From the UHGV virus genome UHGV-0114729: a stretch of DNA of 45,034 nucleotides; one strand, written 5' to 3'. The position numbers and the translations under genes were made by a program. A model generated the notes under the pieces. It ran no database searches, was not told the origin of the DNA, and was given only the letters and a program-made list of their open reading frames with translations. Source of the DNA: a virus. Position 1 is the stretch's first letter. Each line of letters starts with the position of its first letter. Positions 27,855-36,287 of this stretch are shown piece after piece.

Positions 27855-27892
27855 AGAAACGCAAAAGCCCCACGGTGTTATCCGCAGGGCTT
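27855..27892 (-). terminator. tR'-like terminator just downstream of the late promoter
   Basis: Minus strand reads AAGCCC...GGGCTTTTGCGTTT. Confidence 0.6.
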
Positions 27893-27923
27893 GAAACGAA
27901 GGCATTAACCCATCGTTGGGACA

Positions 27924-27951
27924 AAATTAACACAGATTCGGGAAAAGTAAA
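27924..27951 (-). promoter_or_regulatory. Candidate late promoter pR' (Q-modified)
   Basis: Minus strand reads TTTACT-N16-TAATTT with a TGt extended -10, immediately downstream of Q. Found by eye only. Confidence 0.45.
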
Positions 27952-27988
27952 TAGCCCGCAACAAAATCGCAGGCTATCGCTACAGGCG

Positions 27989-28819
27989 TTACCGCGTTAT
28001 CTGCTTAAGCTGTTTTTCTGCCCATGCCTCTTCAATATCGAATTTCGTAATCAGCTGATCATAGAACGGTTTAACGGACTTCTTCCACGTATCCAGGCTG
28101 ATTACATCCGTAATCTGGCAAACAGCTGCGTGGGCCTCAGTTGACGGGATGCGCTCATATCCGCGACCGCCACAGCGCTTGCAGGTGCTGAATACTGGAA
28201 CGCCTTGCTGCTTCGTTTCCTTCTGATTCACCGCTTTCCCACGGCCACGGCAATCACTACATGCGCAACTGATGGCTTTTTTCCCTTTGCACTGAGGACA
28301 GAGAACGCGCGTTATCTCTTTTACCTCACGCCTGTTTTGGTGCTGCGAAGGTATCACCTTCAAACCAAACGCTTTTGATGCCTTAATGATTTCTTTTGCA
28401 TGTGCCGGCGTATTGGTTTTCATACTGAATACCTCAGCATCAATAAAGCCCTCACCGTTGCAGCAATCGCACCGTTTTACACTGGCTGCGCTGCGGGAAT
28501 AATCCTCAAATGCGAAGGTGGCCAACTGGTACATCACCTGAGGCTTAACCCCGAAATCCAACTTACGCAGCGCGGCAACCTTGTCACATTTGGTCATCGC
28601 GTACTCAGCCAGCAGTCCGATAGCCCGATCCCGGTCGTTATTGCTTATGCCCATCTTGCCGAGGAAGGCGCTGTAACCCATTGCGGCGCGTTCCTGGGTC
28701 ATGCCCATGGCCGCCATGACATCCGTCCCGGTCAGCGAATCTGAACCAGTGGCGCGCGGAGAGTCGCTAATAAGCGTCGACTTGGCGAAGTGATATTTCA
28801 CGGTGTTTTCGAGGTTCAT
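27989..28819 (-). CDS. Q: Late antiterminator Q (QuuQ-like, with DnaJ-type CxxCxGxG zinc fingers)
   Basis: 276 aa. N-terminus and CPQCKGKK / CSDCRGRG / CKRCGGRG repeats resemble E. coli Qin QuuQ as recalled. Confidence 0.88.
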   Translation of the reverse strand: MNLENTVKYHFAKSTLISDSPRATGSDSLTGTDVMAAMGMTQERAAMGYSAFLGKMGISNNDRDRAIGLLAEYAMTKCDKVAALRKLDFGVKPQVMYQLATFAFEDYSRSAASVKRCDCCNGEGFIDAEVFSMKTNTPAHAKEIIKASKAFGLKVIPSQHQNRREVKEITRVLCPQCKGKKAISCACSDCRGRGKAVNQKETKQQGVPVFSTCKRCGGRGYERIPSTEAHAAVCQITDVISLDTWKKSVKPFYDQLITKFDIEEAWAEKQLKQITR

Positions 28820-28956
28820 TAGGCTGCTCCTGCTGAATGATAGATACGAACAAAATTACGAAGAATGCGATAATCCACCAGCACCGATCCCCGGTAGCGA
28901 TAAATGCGAAGGCGCTGCCAGCGCGCGCGGAGTATCTCAAGCGTTTCTGGCTTCAT
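28819..28956 (-). CDS. Small 45-aa ORF translationally coupled to rusA (ATGA) and Q (TAATG)
   Basis: My own translation gives MKPETLEILRARWQRLRIYRYRGSVLVDYRILRNFVRIYHSAGAA*. Supported by overlaps at both ends and its NinH-like position. Confidence 0.4.
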   Translation of the reverse strand: MKPETLEILRARWQRLRIYRYRGSVLVDYRILRNFVRIYHSAGAA

Positions 28957-29309
28957 TTGGCCTCCTCAATAATGATTTGCCCGGTTTCTCCCCAGATTTT
29001 GGTAACCCGTCCGTCCCAGACATGGCTATCCTCGTCAAACACTGCATCCAGCAAAGCTTTTTCCAGGTTGTCTTTGTCCGGCTTTTGTCGATGTGGCTTG
29101 CCGACATATTGCGCCCGCTTTGCCTTACTCCAGCTCTTTGGCATGGGGATAACGAACGTGACGTGATATCCGGACTCAGGCAGACGGATGCCGAGCAACC
29201 TGACCTGTTCTTTGTAAGCCCAGTACGCTGCCGTTGCTGGCCGTTTATGCCATCGGTCACGCTGAGTCATCCTGGGCTTGCCAATCGGCGTAATTTCGTA
29301 AATTTTCAT
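28953..29309 (-). CDS. rusA: Holliday-junction resolvase RusA
   Basis: 118 aa with the PDKDNLEKALLDAV catalytic-Asp motif. Confidence 0.88.
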   Translation of the reverse strand: MKIYEITPIGKPRMTQRDRWHKRPATAAYWAYKEQVRLLGIRLPESGYHVTFVIPMPKSWSKAKRAQYVGKPHRQKPDKDNLEKALLDAVFDEDSHVWDGRVTKIWGETGQIIIEEAK

Positions 29310-29590
29310 GCGGGCACCACCAGCCCGCGGCGGGCAACTTCAATCACTGTCAGAACAATCGCGCGATCCATAAGCTGCCGGCGCTCTTCCCTGTTCAGCT
29401 TATTCCCGTTATCAATGCTGTCATGACAGCAAACGCAGAGCGCAGCTGTCGCACAGTCATCAGTTTTTAATCCCATGCCTTTCCCTTCGTTCCGGTGTGC
29501 CACCTGCGTTCCCCATGCGCCACAAAGAACACAACGTTCGATCTGCCCGACTGCGGCGAGCCACTTCTTGCTGCGGTAGGTTTTACTCAT
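29306..29590 (-). CDS. YbcO-like (DUF1364) small Cys-rich putative nuclease
   Basis: Pattern C..C....AH....G...K.D...A.LC..CH..ID as in E. coli YbcO. Probable start is [10 protein letters not shown]. Confidence 0.75.
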   Translation of the reverse strand: MSKTYRSKKWLAAVGQIERCVLCGAWGTQVAHRNEGKGMGLKTDDCATAALCVCCHDSIDNGNKLNREERRQLMDRAIVLTVIEVARRGLVVPA

Positions 29591-30251
29591 GGTCACCACC
29601 TTGCACCTGAACCAGCGTGAGGTTTCCGCAAAACACCGCTCCTGTGTCGATGTACATCTGGTTGGCATACTTCAGGGGCTGGCGCGCAGGGGTGTGGCCG
29701 AAGATAAACAGATCAGCACCGGCTATCGGCGAGACAATGCCGCCCTGAGCGTCGCTAACCCGCTCACGATTCCAGATGACCATGTCTTTCGGGACCGGCT
29801 TCTCGAACGCATATTCGTTATGCGGGTAGTCAGCGTGGCAAATTACGATTTTCCGATCGGAGGTAACCAGCTCGATGATGAGTGGTAACTCAGCTGCCTT
29901 GTGAACCAGAGCCTTAGCCAGCACCTCTTTGTCATAGTCGAGATTGAAGAACCAACCGCCACCGTTTACCAGCCAGTGATTGACGTTTCCATGCTCTGAA
30001 AGCCCATCAACCATCATCTGCTCATGGTTACCGCTCACTGCCCTGAACCACGGCATAGTAATCAGATCCAGGCACTCGACGTTTTCCGCGCCGCGGTCAA
30101 CAAGGTCACCAACCGAGATCAGCAAATCACGCGCAGGGTCGAACGAAACCTTTTCGAGCTCATTCATCAGCAGCGTGTAGCACCCATGCAGATCGCCGAC
30201 GACGAAGATATTGCGCCAGTCAGCGCCATTAATTCGTTGATACATGCTCAT
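29583..30251 (-). CDS. ninI: Ser/Thr protein phosphatase NinI
   Basis: GDLHGCY, GDLVDRG and GNHE metallophosphatase motifs. Highly similar to lambda NinI. Its ATG overlaps the NinE-like stop. Confidence 0.93.
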   Translation of the reverse strand: MSMYQRINGADWRNIFVVGDLHGCYTLLMNELEKVSFDPARDLLISVGDLVDRGAENVECLDLITMPWFRAVSGNHEQMMVDGLSEHGNVNHWLVNGGGWFFNLDYDKEVLAKALVHKAAELPLIIELVTSDRKIVICHADYPHNEYAFEKPVPKDMVIWNRERVSDAQGGIVSPIAGADLFIFGHTPARQPLKYANQMYIDTGAVFCGNLTLVQVQGGDHE

Positions 30252-30418
30252 GCTGATTTTCTCCTCGCTGCGAGACGCAGCCATTTCTGATCCACCAGGC
30301 GGGCGGTGTAGTCTTTCAGGGTCGGGATATCGGATGGCTTAACCGCGGGCTTAGGCTTGCGGCGCGCCGGAACGCGGAAGATTTCATTGGTGATGACGCG
30401 AGAAAGTGGAGTAGACAT
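30248..30418 (-). CDS. ninE: NinE-like small protein (56 aa)
   Basis: My own translation gives [56 protein letters not shown]. It resembles the lambda NinE C-terminal half. Coupled to both neighbours. Confidence 0.6.
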   Translation of the reverse strand: MSTPLSRVITNEIFRVPARRKPKPAVKPSDIPTLKDYTARLVDQKWLRLAARRKSA

Positions 30419-30873
30419 CAGGCCTCCTGCTTATCGCGCAGTTGCTGGTACTCGCAGCCGGTCGGGATAGTCAGCGCCAGGCCGAACTGAGCGCACCACA
30501 TTTCAACCTTCACCAGGAAGATATGCATTTCCCCGGTGTCGAGGTCTGCGGTGTGGCGCGGCTCCCAGGTGGTGGTCTTCTCACCGGTGATGAAGTCGGT
30601 ATAAGTCACCTCTTCGCAGCCGAGATAGGTCTTTTTGAGGTTGCGCTTAACCCACTCTGGGGTAGCGTCAGTGCGCCCGGATTTAATCAGGTATTCACTG
30701 ATTTCAGCCAGCCACATATGAAGAAGTGAATTTTGAGACAGGCTGCGCTTCTCTCTCCACGGCTTAATTTGAAGGCGGAAGCATTGCCCGTCATTCAGAA
30801 GTGGGTGAAGGTGCTGGGTGATAGCATTAATATTGCCACGATGTAGCTTGATGCCGTCTTTTGGGAGAATCAT
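30418..30873 (-). CDS. ninB: NinB (Orf) recombination mediator
   Basis: RSLSQNSLLHMWLAEIS parallels lambda NinB RSLDQNRKLWACLGDVS. Confidence 0.85.
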   Translation of the reverse strand: MILPKDGIKLHRGNINAITQHLHPLLNDGQCFRLQIKPWREKRSLSQNSLLHMWLAEISEYLIKSGRTDATPEWVKRNLKKTYLGCEEVTYTDFITGEKTTTWEPRHTADLDTGEMHIFLVKVEMWCAQFGLALTIPTGCEYQQLRDKQEA

Positions 30874-30965
30874 ACGTCACCTCCGAGAGGTAACGCAGAA
30901 TGCAGAAAATCGCAGGTGCCGTTAAGCATCTGTGACAAGGTGATACGTTCAAGTTGTGGTCGCAT
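30870..30965 (-). CDS. Possible 31-aa ORF coupled to the ninB start
   Basis: ATGA overlap with the ninB ATG. No other support. Confidence 0.25.
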   Translation of the reverse strand: MRPQLERITLSQMLNGTCDFLHSALPLGGDV

Positions 30966-31053
30966 TTAATGTCCCCATCAAATGCGCAGAAGTCTTACCG
31001 TCGGGCGTTCAACTCCGACGGCGACTTAATTATGGCTGGTTGATTACTGAAAA

Positions 31054-31638
31054 TCAAAGGTCTTCTTCGTCTTGGTATTTCAGCCTTTTGTCTTTTATTT
31101 TCTGAAGTCTTTCCTCAAGCGCTGGAAGAACCCACTTTGCAAGTTCGGTAGCAGGGAAGCCATTCTCTTTACGGATTCCCGAAGCAATCTCAGCAGCTTT
31201 TAATCCAAGTAAGGAAAACTGGTATTGTCTCTCATCGAAGTACTCTCGATGATCTGGAGGTGAAGACATGTATTCACCGACAAAATTAATAGATTTTATA
31301 GCCTCATTTTGCTTCATTGGAAGGCTGCAAATTTCATACATTGTTTTAGATTTCAGAGACTTCCAGTTTCCCTTAACTAATGAATAGTCAATTTTTTCAG
31401 GAAGCTTTGTTGTAGATTCATACTCACCTTGCTCACCATTAGCCTCGCCATCATCCTGGACAACCTCAGCACACTTAACAGCATAGTTTTCAAGGAGGAA
31501 TACCAATTCTGCACAAATGAATTTTCTTTCTGGGCTAGACTGCTTATTTTCTTTGAACCACCCGATAAAGTGGTTTGCACCATGGCCTATTACTGCCCCG
31601 ATTGCACCACCGATCATTGAACCAACCCACAGTTCCAT
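31054..31638 (-). CDS. Membrane-anchored 194-aa orphan (N-terminal glycine-zipper TM helix)
   Basis: GGGAG RBS. MELWVGSMIGGAIGAVIGHGANHFIGWF is followed by a soluble domain. Part of the AT-rich island. Confidence 0.75.
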   Translation of the reverse strand: MELWVGSMIGGAIGAVIGHGANHFIGWFKENKQSSPERKFICAELVFLLENYAVKCAEVVQDDGEANGEQGEYESTTKLPEKIDYSLVKGNWKSLKSKTMYEICSLPMKQNEAIKSINFVGEYMSSPPDHREYFDERQYQFSLLGLKAAEIASGIRKENGFPATELAKWVLPALEERLQKIKDKRLKYQDEEDL

Positions 31639-31647
31639 TTAGGCTCC

Positions 31648-31911
31648 CTATTTAGTATTGGCTTCTGTCATTTCTATGTAACGTGGATCGCTTGCCTTAG
31701 GAAGTTTCAAACTCTCCTCCCGATAATGTCTCAACCGTTCAAGGAAATAATCTCGCAAATGCTCGGGCTGCTCGCGCATAACCACTTCGGCGATAACCGG
31801 CATGTTCAGCCGCTCTTTGTACGCCACGCCGGAGGCTGCAAGGTCAACGTTAACCTTGTCGCGTTCCTCTTGGCTCTTTGCAGCAATATTGAAGTCGTTC
31901 ATAATCATCAA
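31648..31911 (-). CDS. 87-aa orphan, co-transcribed upstream partner of the 194-aa gene
   Basis: 9-nt spacing to the next gene. AT-rich. No recognisable motif. Confidence 0.6.
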   Translation of the reverse strand: MMIMNDFNIAAKSQEERDKVNVDLAASGVAYKERLNMPVIAEVVMREQPEHLRDYFLERLRHYREESLKLPKASDPRYIEMTEANTK

Positions 31912-31967
31912 CTCATTCGTTTTAATAGAACGTATCTTACGTCAGATAACCGCTGCTGAGACCAATT

Positions 31968-32147
31968 ATGCGCGCAAAGATCCATCGTTACTGCTCATGG
32001 ATATTTTTTATCGTACTTTTCCTGTTCCTGTTTGCTCTCTATCAGAAAGCGTACTTGGGTGTCGCCCTCAATCAAATTATCATTGCAACGCTTGCCGTTA
32101 CTGGTTTTCTCGGTTGGATTACGAGAGAAAAGCATCCCAAGAATTGA
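31968..32147 (+). CDS. 59-aa two-TM small hydrophobic protein, divergent from the 87-aa gene
   Basis: My own translation gives MRAKIHRYCSWIFFIVLFLFLFALYQKAYLGVALNQIIIATLAVTGFLGWITREKHPKN*. Followed by the hairpin GGCCACT-atga-AGTGGCC. Weak RBS. Below the track cut-off. Confidence 0.5.
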   Translation: MRAKIHRYCSWIFFIVLFLFLFALYQKAYLGVALNQIIIATLAVTGFLGWITREKHPKN

Positions 32148-32193
32148 GTAAATGGCCACTATGAAGTGGCCGGCTCATCGTAAAAATTAGCGT

Positions 32194-32562
32194 TCAAATG
32201 CCATCGGCACCCTGAAGCATGGCGGCGCGGCAGGCGTTCCAGCCGACTGCTTTTCCATGCTCAAACGCGCTGTCAAAGTCATCATCCATTTCCATCGAAT
32301 CAGGCACAGATACCGGCGCTGGAGGGGCGGTGTAAAGCGGCGTTACTTCTCGCAGCGGGTCGGCATAAGCATTGCCACTATCGAAGCTGACGTTGTTTTT
32401 TGCGCCGCCGCCTGACAGCAGCCACGCCACCGGCTCCGCTTCGAGCGATGCCAGCGCGATACGCGCCAGCTCATTCAGGATTGCCACATCAGCGTGACCG
32501 AGGGTGTATCCAGCTTTCAAATCGGCAACTGCTTGCACGGCCTGTTTGGTAATAGTGCTCAT
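32194..32562 (-). CDS. Hypothetical nin-region protein (122 aa)
   Basis: Backbone GC and packed arrangement. The ..PVAW...TPLYTAPP... pattern is common in lambdoid early-region ORFs. Confidence 0.7.
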   Translation of the reverse strand: MSTITKQAVQAVADLKAGYTLGHADVAILNELARIALASLEAEPVAWLLSGGGAKNNVSFDSGNAYADPLREVTPLYTAPPAPVSVPDSMEMDDDFDSAFEHGKAVGWNACRAAMLQGADGI

Positions 32563-32572
32563 AGGCTAGTCC

Positions 32573-32755
32573 TCAGTATCCAGAGTACGCGCGGAGTGAT
32601 GCTATTCTCGCGGTGATATCATTGATGATTTCCTGCACCACCACTGCGTGCTCATGCTCATCACGCAAGATGTCAAGGGCGCTGTCTATTTCACGGAGCA
32701 TATCCTGCTGCCATTCAATATCTTCTGATTCCGGTATTTCGTATTTCATGCTCAC
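32573..32755 (-). CDS. Hypothetical 60-aa acidic protein
   Basis: Its start overlaps the stop of the upstream gene. Confidence 0.6.
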   Translation of the reverse strand: MSMKYEIPESEDIEWQQDMLREIDSALDILRDEHEHAVVVQEIINDITARIASLRAYSGY

Positions 32756-33090
32756 TCTCCTTTACCGGCTGCGGCAATGTTGATGCCAGCTCTTTCTAGC
32801 ATTGCGACAACCTCGGATTCCTCATAGCACGCTATTTTTCCAGCCCATAGGCGAGTAGTTGGCAGTTTCACAGTGGGTTTATTGCGCTCCATCTTCCGAA
32901 TTAACTCTGAAGCAGAATCGTGAGCCTCGCGGAAAGATCGGGCCTGAAGGAGCATATCCTCATAGCGTTCTTCTGAGGCTTCCAGCTCATCCAGCAGCGC
33001 CAGCACATCGCGAGTTTCCACGAACATATTCGGGTCGAAGTTATCGACCGCTTTAGCCGCGGCTGATTTCAATTTGTCGATGTTGCTCAT
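32752..33090 (-). CDS. Hypothetical 112-aa protein
   Basis: Overlapping start and stop with its neighbours. Confidence 0.65.
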   Translation of the reverse strand: MSNIDKLKSAAAKAVDNFDPNMFVETRDVLALLDELEASEERYEDMLLQARSFREAHDSASELIRKMERNKPTVKLPTTRLWAGKIACYEESEVVAMLERAGINIAAAGKGE

Positions 33091-33575
33091 TGGGCCTCCT
33101 GGCGAAGTTGGGCCGCGAACTGTGCTGCAACCGCTCCGGCATCCATGAAGAAGTCATAGGATTTTTCCAGCGCTTTCTGCTCGCAGTGTTTAACTAACAT
33201 CTCCACGCCCTGCGCCCGCACTTCAGCCAGGAAGGCGTCGGTTGCTGGGGTTTCAGGAATAGTGTCTGGAATAACTTCTGAGTAAATGCGATCCATTGCT
33301 TCGAGCCATCCATATTCACAGGCGTTATAACCGTCAGTCTGAAGACCGTTATCCTCAACACCACAGCCCATTCCGATGCTTTGATAATCAGGCTCGTTAC
33401 TGCGGTCAATCACTGCTGATAGAGTGCCTTTCAGCCACGCATTCTCCGCAGCCAGCGCCGCGAATGTGGTTTCAACCACGTTAAGCAAAGTCGTAACCTC
33501 TTCAGGCGACATGTGCTCACCACATTCGGCATTCACCCTGGCATTTTTAATCAGATCTTCGTATTTATTGCTCAT
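33087..33575 (-). CDS. Ea22/Ead-like hypothetical protein
   Basis: The C-terminal ETPATDAFLAEVRAQGVE...FAAQLR motif is recurrent in enterobacterial prophage early proteins (from memory). Likely start is MSNKYEDL. Confidence 0.65.
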   Translation of the reverse strand: MSNKYEDLIKNARVNAECGEHMSPEEVTTLLNVVETTFAALAAENAWLKGTLSAVIDRSNEPDYQSIGMGCGVEDNGLQTDGYNACEYGWLEAMDRIYSEVIPDTIPETPATDAFLAEVRAQGVEMLVKHCEQKALEKSYDFFMDAGAVAAQFAAQLRQEAQ

Positions 33576-33916
33576 ACCCCTGCCCTCCCCCAAACCATCA
33601 ATACTCGCTTCATCGCCGCGCTGTTGCGGCACTCCTGGCAGATCACGTTTGCCTCTGTACGCTGCACCAGCTTCGAATTTCCCTTCGGCATAGCCGGGAT
33701 TGTTTCTGGTGCGTATTTCATGCCGTAATCGGTCAGCCGATAAAGCCGCTGTCCGTGCTTGCCTTCGAACTCGATCAAGCCGTCTGCCAGCAGCGTGCTC
33801 ACCGTTCCGGATATCTTTTTGGTGGTCATGCCGATCATGCTGGCAATACGAGCACTGTTCAGGCCCGGGTTGTTACGCAGGGCTGCAAGAATCTGCCCGC
33901 GGATTGTTATGGTCAT
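33572..33916 (-). CDS. Winged-helix DNA-binding protein (114 aa)
   Basis: The segment ILAALRNNPGLNSARIASMIGMTTKKISGTVSTLLADGLIEFE looks like an HTH/wHTH. Confidence 0.65.
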   Translation of the reverse strand: MTITIRGQILAALRNNPGLNSARIASMIGMTTKKISGTVSTLLADGLIEFEGKHGQRLYRLTDYGMKYAPETIPAMPKGNSKLVQRTEANVICQECRNSAAMKRVLMVWGRAGV

Positions 33917-34767
33917 GCTGCCCCCTTAGAACGGTAAGAATCCCACGTGAATGACAGAGTGCACCCGCCGCCATCGCTCATGCGGTCAAGAACGCGCTCG
34001 CCGATGAATGCTGCCAGCTCTTCCCTTGTCTGGTTGCTGATCAGGATGGTCGGCTTCATACGCTCATAACGGGTGTTGATGATTTCGAACATGATCAGCT
34101 TCTCGGCCTCGCTGCCGAACTGGACGCCAACTTCGTCGATGATCAAAAGGTCCGGAGTGGTGAAGTGCGCAATCACGTCGTTCTCGCAGCGCTTCGCTGT
34201 TTTCGACCACGTTGATTTGAATTCGCGGGCAATCTTCAGCGCGGTGGTGAAAATTACCGGGCTCTGGTGGTTCTCGATGACATAACGGGCGATCGCCAGG
34301 GCGAGGTGGTTTTTACCGGTTCCCGGCTTGCCGCACATCACCAGGCCACCACCCTGCTTCAGGCGCTCTGGCCACTTCGCGGCATACGCCTGGCAAACCC
34401 GCAGCGCGCGCTCTGACTCCTTCCCCACCGGCTGATAGCTTTCCAGCGTGCACGTTACAAAGCGCTCAGGGATTTCGAGCTGGCGCAGCAGGCGATCGAT
34501 GTTCTGCTGGCGCGTGCGGTCTTCCCACCGCTTTTTCTCGTCATACAGGAAGGTCAGCTCATCGCGAAGGCAGCCCGGACAACGAGTCGGCGGTGACGGC
34601 AGCTTGATCAGGCTGCTGGTAAGCACGCGTTTACGCTGTTCGTACTCGCCATGTTTCTCGCAAAGCACTGTTTCGAAGACGGTCTCGCAGTTAGGGAGCT
34701 GCTCTGGAGGTCTACCAAGGACTTCCAGCATTTTTTCGATAGCGTCGATTTTTTCGAGCAGTTCCAT
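33913..34767 (-). CDS. DnaC/IstB-like AAA+ helicase loader (P analogue)
   Basis: Walker A GKPGTGKNHLA, Walker B LLIIDEVG, and an N-terminal Cys pairs region. Confidence 0.88.
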   Translation of the reverse strand: MELLEKIDAIEKMLEVLGRPPEQLPNCETVFETVLCEKHGEYEQRKRVLTSSLIKLPSPPTRCPGCLRDELTFLYDEKKRWEDRTRQQNIDRLLRQLEIPERFVTCTLESYQPVGKESERALRVCQAYAAKWPERLKQGGGLVMCGKPGTGKNHLALAIARYVIENHQSPVIFTTALKIAREFKSTWSKTAKRCENDVIAHFTTPDLLIIDEVGVQFGSEAEKLIMFEIINTRYERMKPTILISNQTREELAAFIGERVLDRMSDGGGCTLSFTWDSYRSKGAA

Positions 34768-34769
34768 AC

Positions 34770-35639
34770 TCAGTCCCTCGCCCAAGATGGAATTTCAGTC
34801 TGGCCATAGTCCTTGCCAGCGAAGTTCTCAGATACGCGAGACTGATTGCGGGCTGGCTGCTTGATGCCTTTCGGCTCAAACAATCCCTGCCAGCCGTTCG
34901 CAATGCTCTGGTTGATGATTTCTTCAGGCTGATATCCGCTGCACTTGCAACGCTCGAGCAGGTTGATGGCCTGGGTAACCGTCTGCTGAGACTTGATCGG
35001 TTTCTTCAGGTCGCGACGATAATCGACCCATGACTTCCAGACTGAAACTGACAGCCATTCAGGAAGGTCAACACCAGCCGGATCGAACGAAGCATGTTTG
35101 GGGGATTTAGGGGGTTTATTAATATTGTCTTTATTGTCTTTTGTAATAGTGTCTTTTGTGTGTCCCCATTTTGGTGACAGGGTTGTCACTGTTTTGGTGA
35201 CACTTTTTGTCACCACCGTAGGGACACTGTCACTACCATGGTGACAGTCACTACTATGGTGACATTTTGGCGCAGGCTTAGTGCCAGGAATTACCCACTC
35301 ACTCAGGTTTTTGTTGGGCCCGATCAGCATGCCGTCGGACACCAAAACATTCATCGCAATGAGTTCGTTTTTGGCAGCGTTAACCTTCTGGCGAGGTAGC
35401 CTGGTCAGCTCAGAAAGTTGTGAGTCTGCTATGCGGTCCATCTTTTTGTTGAACCCATAGGTTTTGCGGCAAACAGCATGAGCTACCTTGGCCTGATTTT
35501 TGGTCAGGTTCGCGCCGATAAGCTCCTCATACAACTCGTTTGCCAGACGGGTGTACCCATCGTCTGTATCGGCCACGCGTTGCTCCTGTATTCCCGAAAC
35601 TACAGCGGGAAAGTTGAGAATTTCTGCGGTGTTTGACAT
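34770..35639 (-). CDS. O: Replication initiator O
   Basis: The N-terminal domain is highly similar to lambda O (MSNTAEILNF...DDGYTRLANEL...TKNQAKV...RKTYGFNK.MDRIADSQLSE). Contains the ori iterons. Confidence 0.92.
   Translation of the reverse strand: MSNTAEILNFPAVVSGIQEQRVADTDDGYTRLANELYEELIGANLTKNQAKVAHAVCRKTYGFNKKMDRIADSQLSELTRLPRQKVNAAKNELIAMNVLVSDGMLIGPNKNLSEWVIPGTKPAPKCHHSSDCHHGSDSVPTVVTKSVTKTVTTLSPKWGHTKDTITKDNKDNINKPPKSPKHASFDPAGVDLPEWLSVSVWKSWVDYRRDLKKPIKSQQTVTQAINLLERCKCSGYQPEEIINQSIANGWQGLFEPKGIKQPARNQSRVSENFAGKDYGQTEIPSWARD
35105..35264 (-). repeat. ori: Origin of replication: GGTGACA/GTCAC iterons (35173-35264) followed by an AT-rich tract with TGTCTTT repeats (35105-35165)
   Basis: At least four direct GGTGACA copies plus inverted GTCAC copies inside O. 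Layout matches lambda ori. Confidence 0.8.
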
Positions 35640-35648
35640 ACTTACTCC

Positions 35649-35715
35649 CGTTACTTGGCGTAACACAGTGTGATAAGGGCCTTTGAAGTTACCGCTTCAA
35701 GGGCTTTTTCTTTTC
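35649..35715 (+). ncRNA. oop: oop-like antisense small RNA (candidate)
   Basis: A plus-strand terminator (GGGCCTTTGAAG-ttaccg-CTTCAAGGGCTT plus TTTTTCTTTTCTT) whose G-U pairs become A-C mismatches on the other strand. Candidate promoter is TTGAGA-N17-CATACT at 35614-35642. Position (between the CII analogue and O) matches lambda oop. Confidence 0.45.
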
Positions 35716-35724
35716 TTGTGCCTC

Positions 35725-36270
35725 TCATATAACCCCCAGCATCGATGTAACCATCGTCATCAGCGGTCCTACCTGCTCCGGCATGAGGCGGAACAGCGAC
35801 GCTATACCCTCGCTTACCTCTTTGAGCTTCTGATGCTCTGGAGCGTCCAGCAGCACGGCCTGTTTAGCCTCGGCACACTCTTTCATCGCAGAGGCGATCA
35901 GCGACATCGTGTCGTTCTGCGGCGCCAGACGGTTTCGGTACTCCAGCGGCAGGACCGACATGATTGCCGGGGCCAGCTGGCGAATGTTGTTGGCGGCATA
36001 TTCGGTATCGCCATCAATCCATCGAAACACTTTCTGCATCTGGCGGTGCGAGTCAGTCGGGATATCCAGACCGGTTCCGCCGGACGCCCGCCACTCTTCC
36101 ACGATCAGCGCGGCGACAAATTCACGGCTTCGGCAATCAGCTGCCCAGGCGCGAACAGCTGCGCGGATCCCATCGATGTTTAACGCCGTGGAATCAGGCT
36201 CCCGGCGATTCTGGTAAATCATCGCCGTTGGCGAAAATTTGTTACCTTGTTGATACGCAAGTGAATGCAT
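35725..36270 (-). CDS. YdaT-family protein (CII functional analogue)
   Basis: 181 aa. The ..EEWRASGGTGLDIP....Q.VFRWI.GDTE.....I.QLAPAIMSVLPLEYRNRL pattern parallels E. coli Rac YdaT as recalled. Located directly after cro. Confidence 0.65.
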   Translation of the reverse strand: MHSLAYQQGNKFSPTAMIYQNRREPDSTALNIDGIRAAVRAWAADCRSREFVAALIVEEWRASGGTGLDIPTDSHRQMQKVFRWIDGDTEYAANNIRQLAPAIMSVLPLEYRNRLAPQNDTMSLIASAMKECAEAKQAVLLDAPEHQKLKEVSEGIASLFRLMPEQVGPLMTMVTSMLGVI

Positions 36271-36287
36271 TGCTTTCCCTTTCGTGG

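Noticed and set aside
27654-28144. Plus-strand ORFs 27654..27908 (84 aa) and 27740..28144 (134 aa), plus a 49-aa Arg-rich minus-strand ORF in the late leader
   Set aside because: The plus-strand ORFs are antisense to the late transcript and overlap the 3' end of Q. Their composition is odd (Cys/Leu/Ser-rich) and they have no motifs. The minus-strand ORF lacks any SD.
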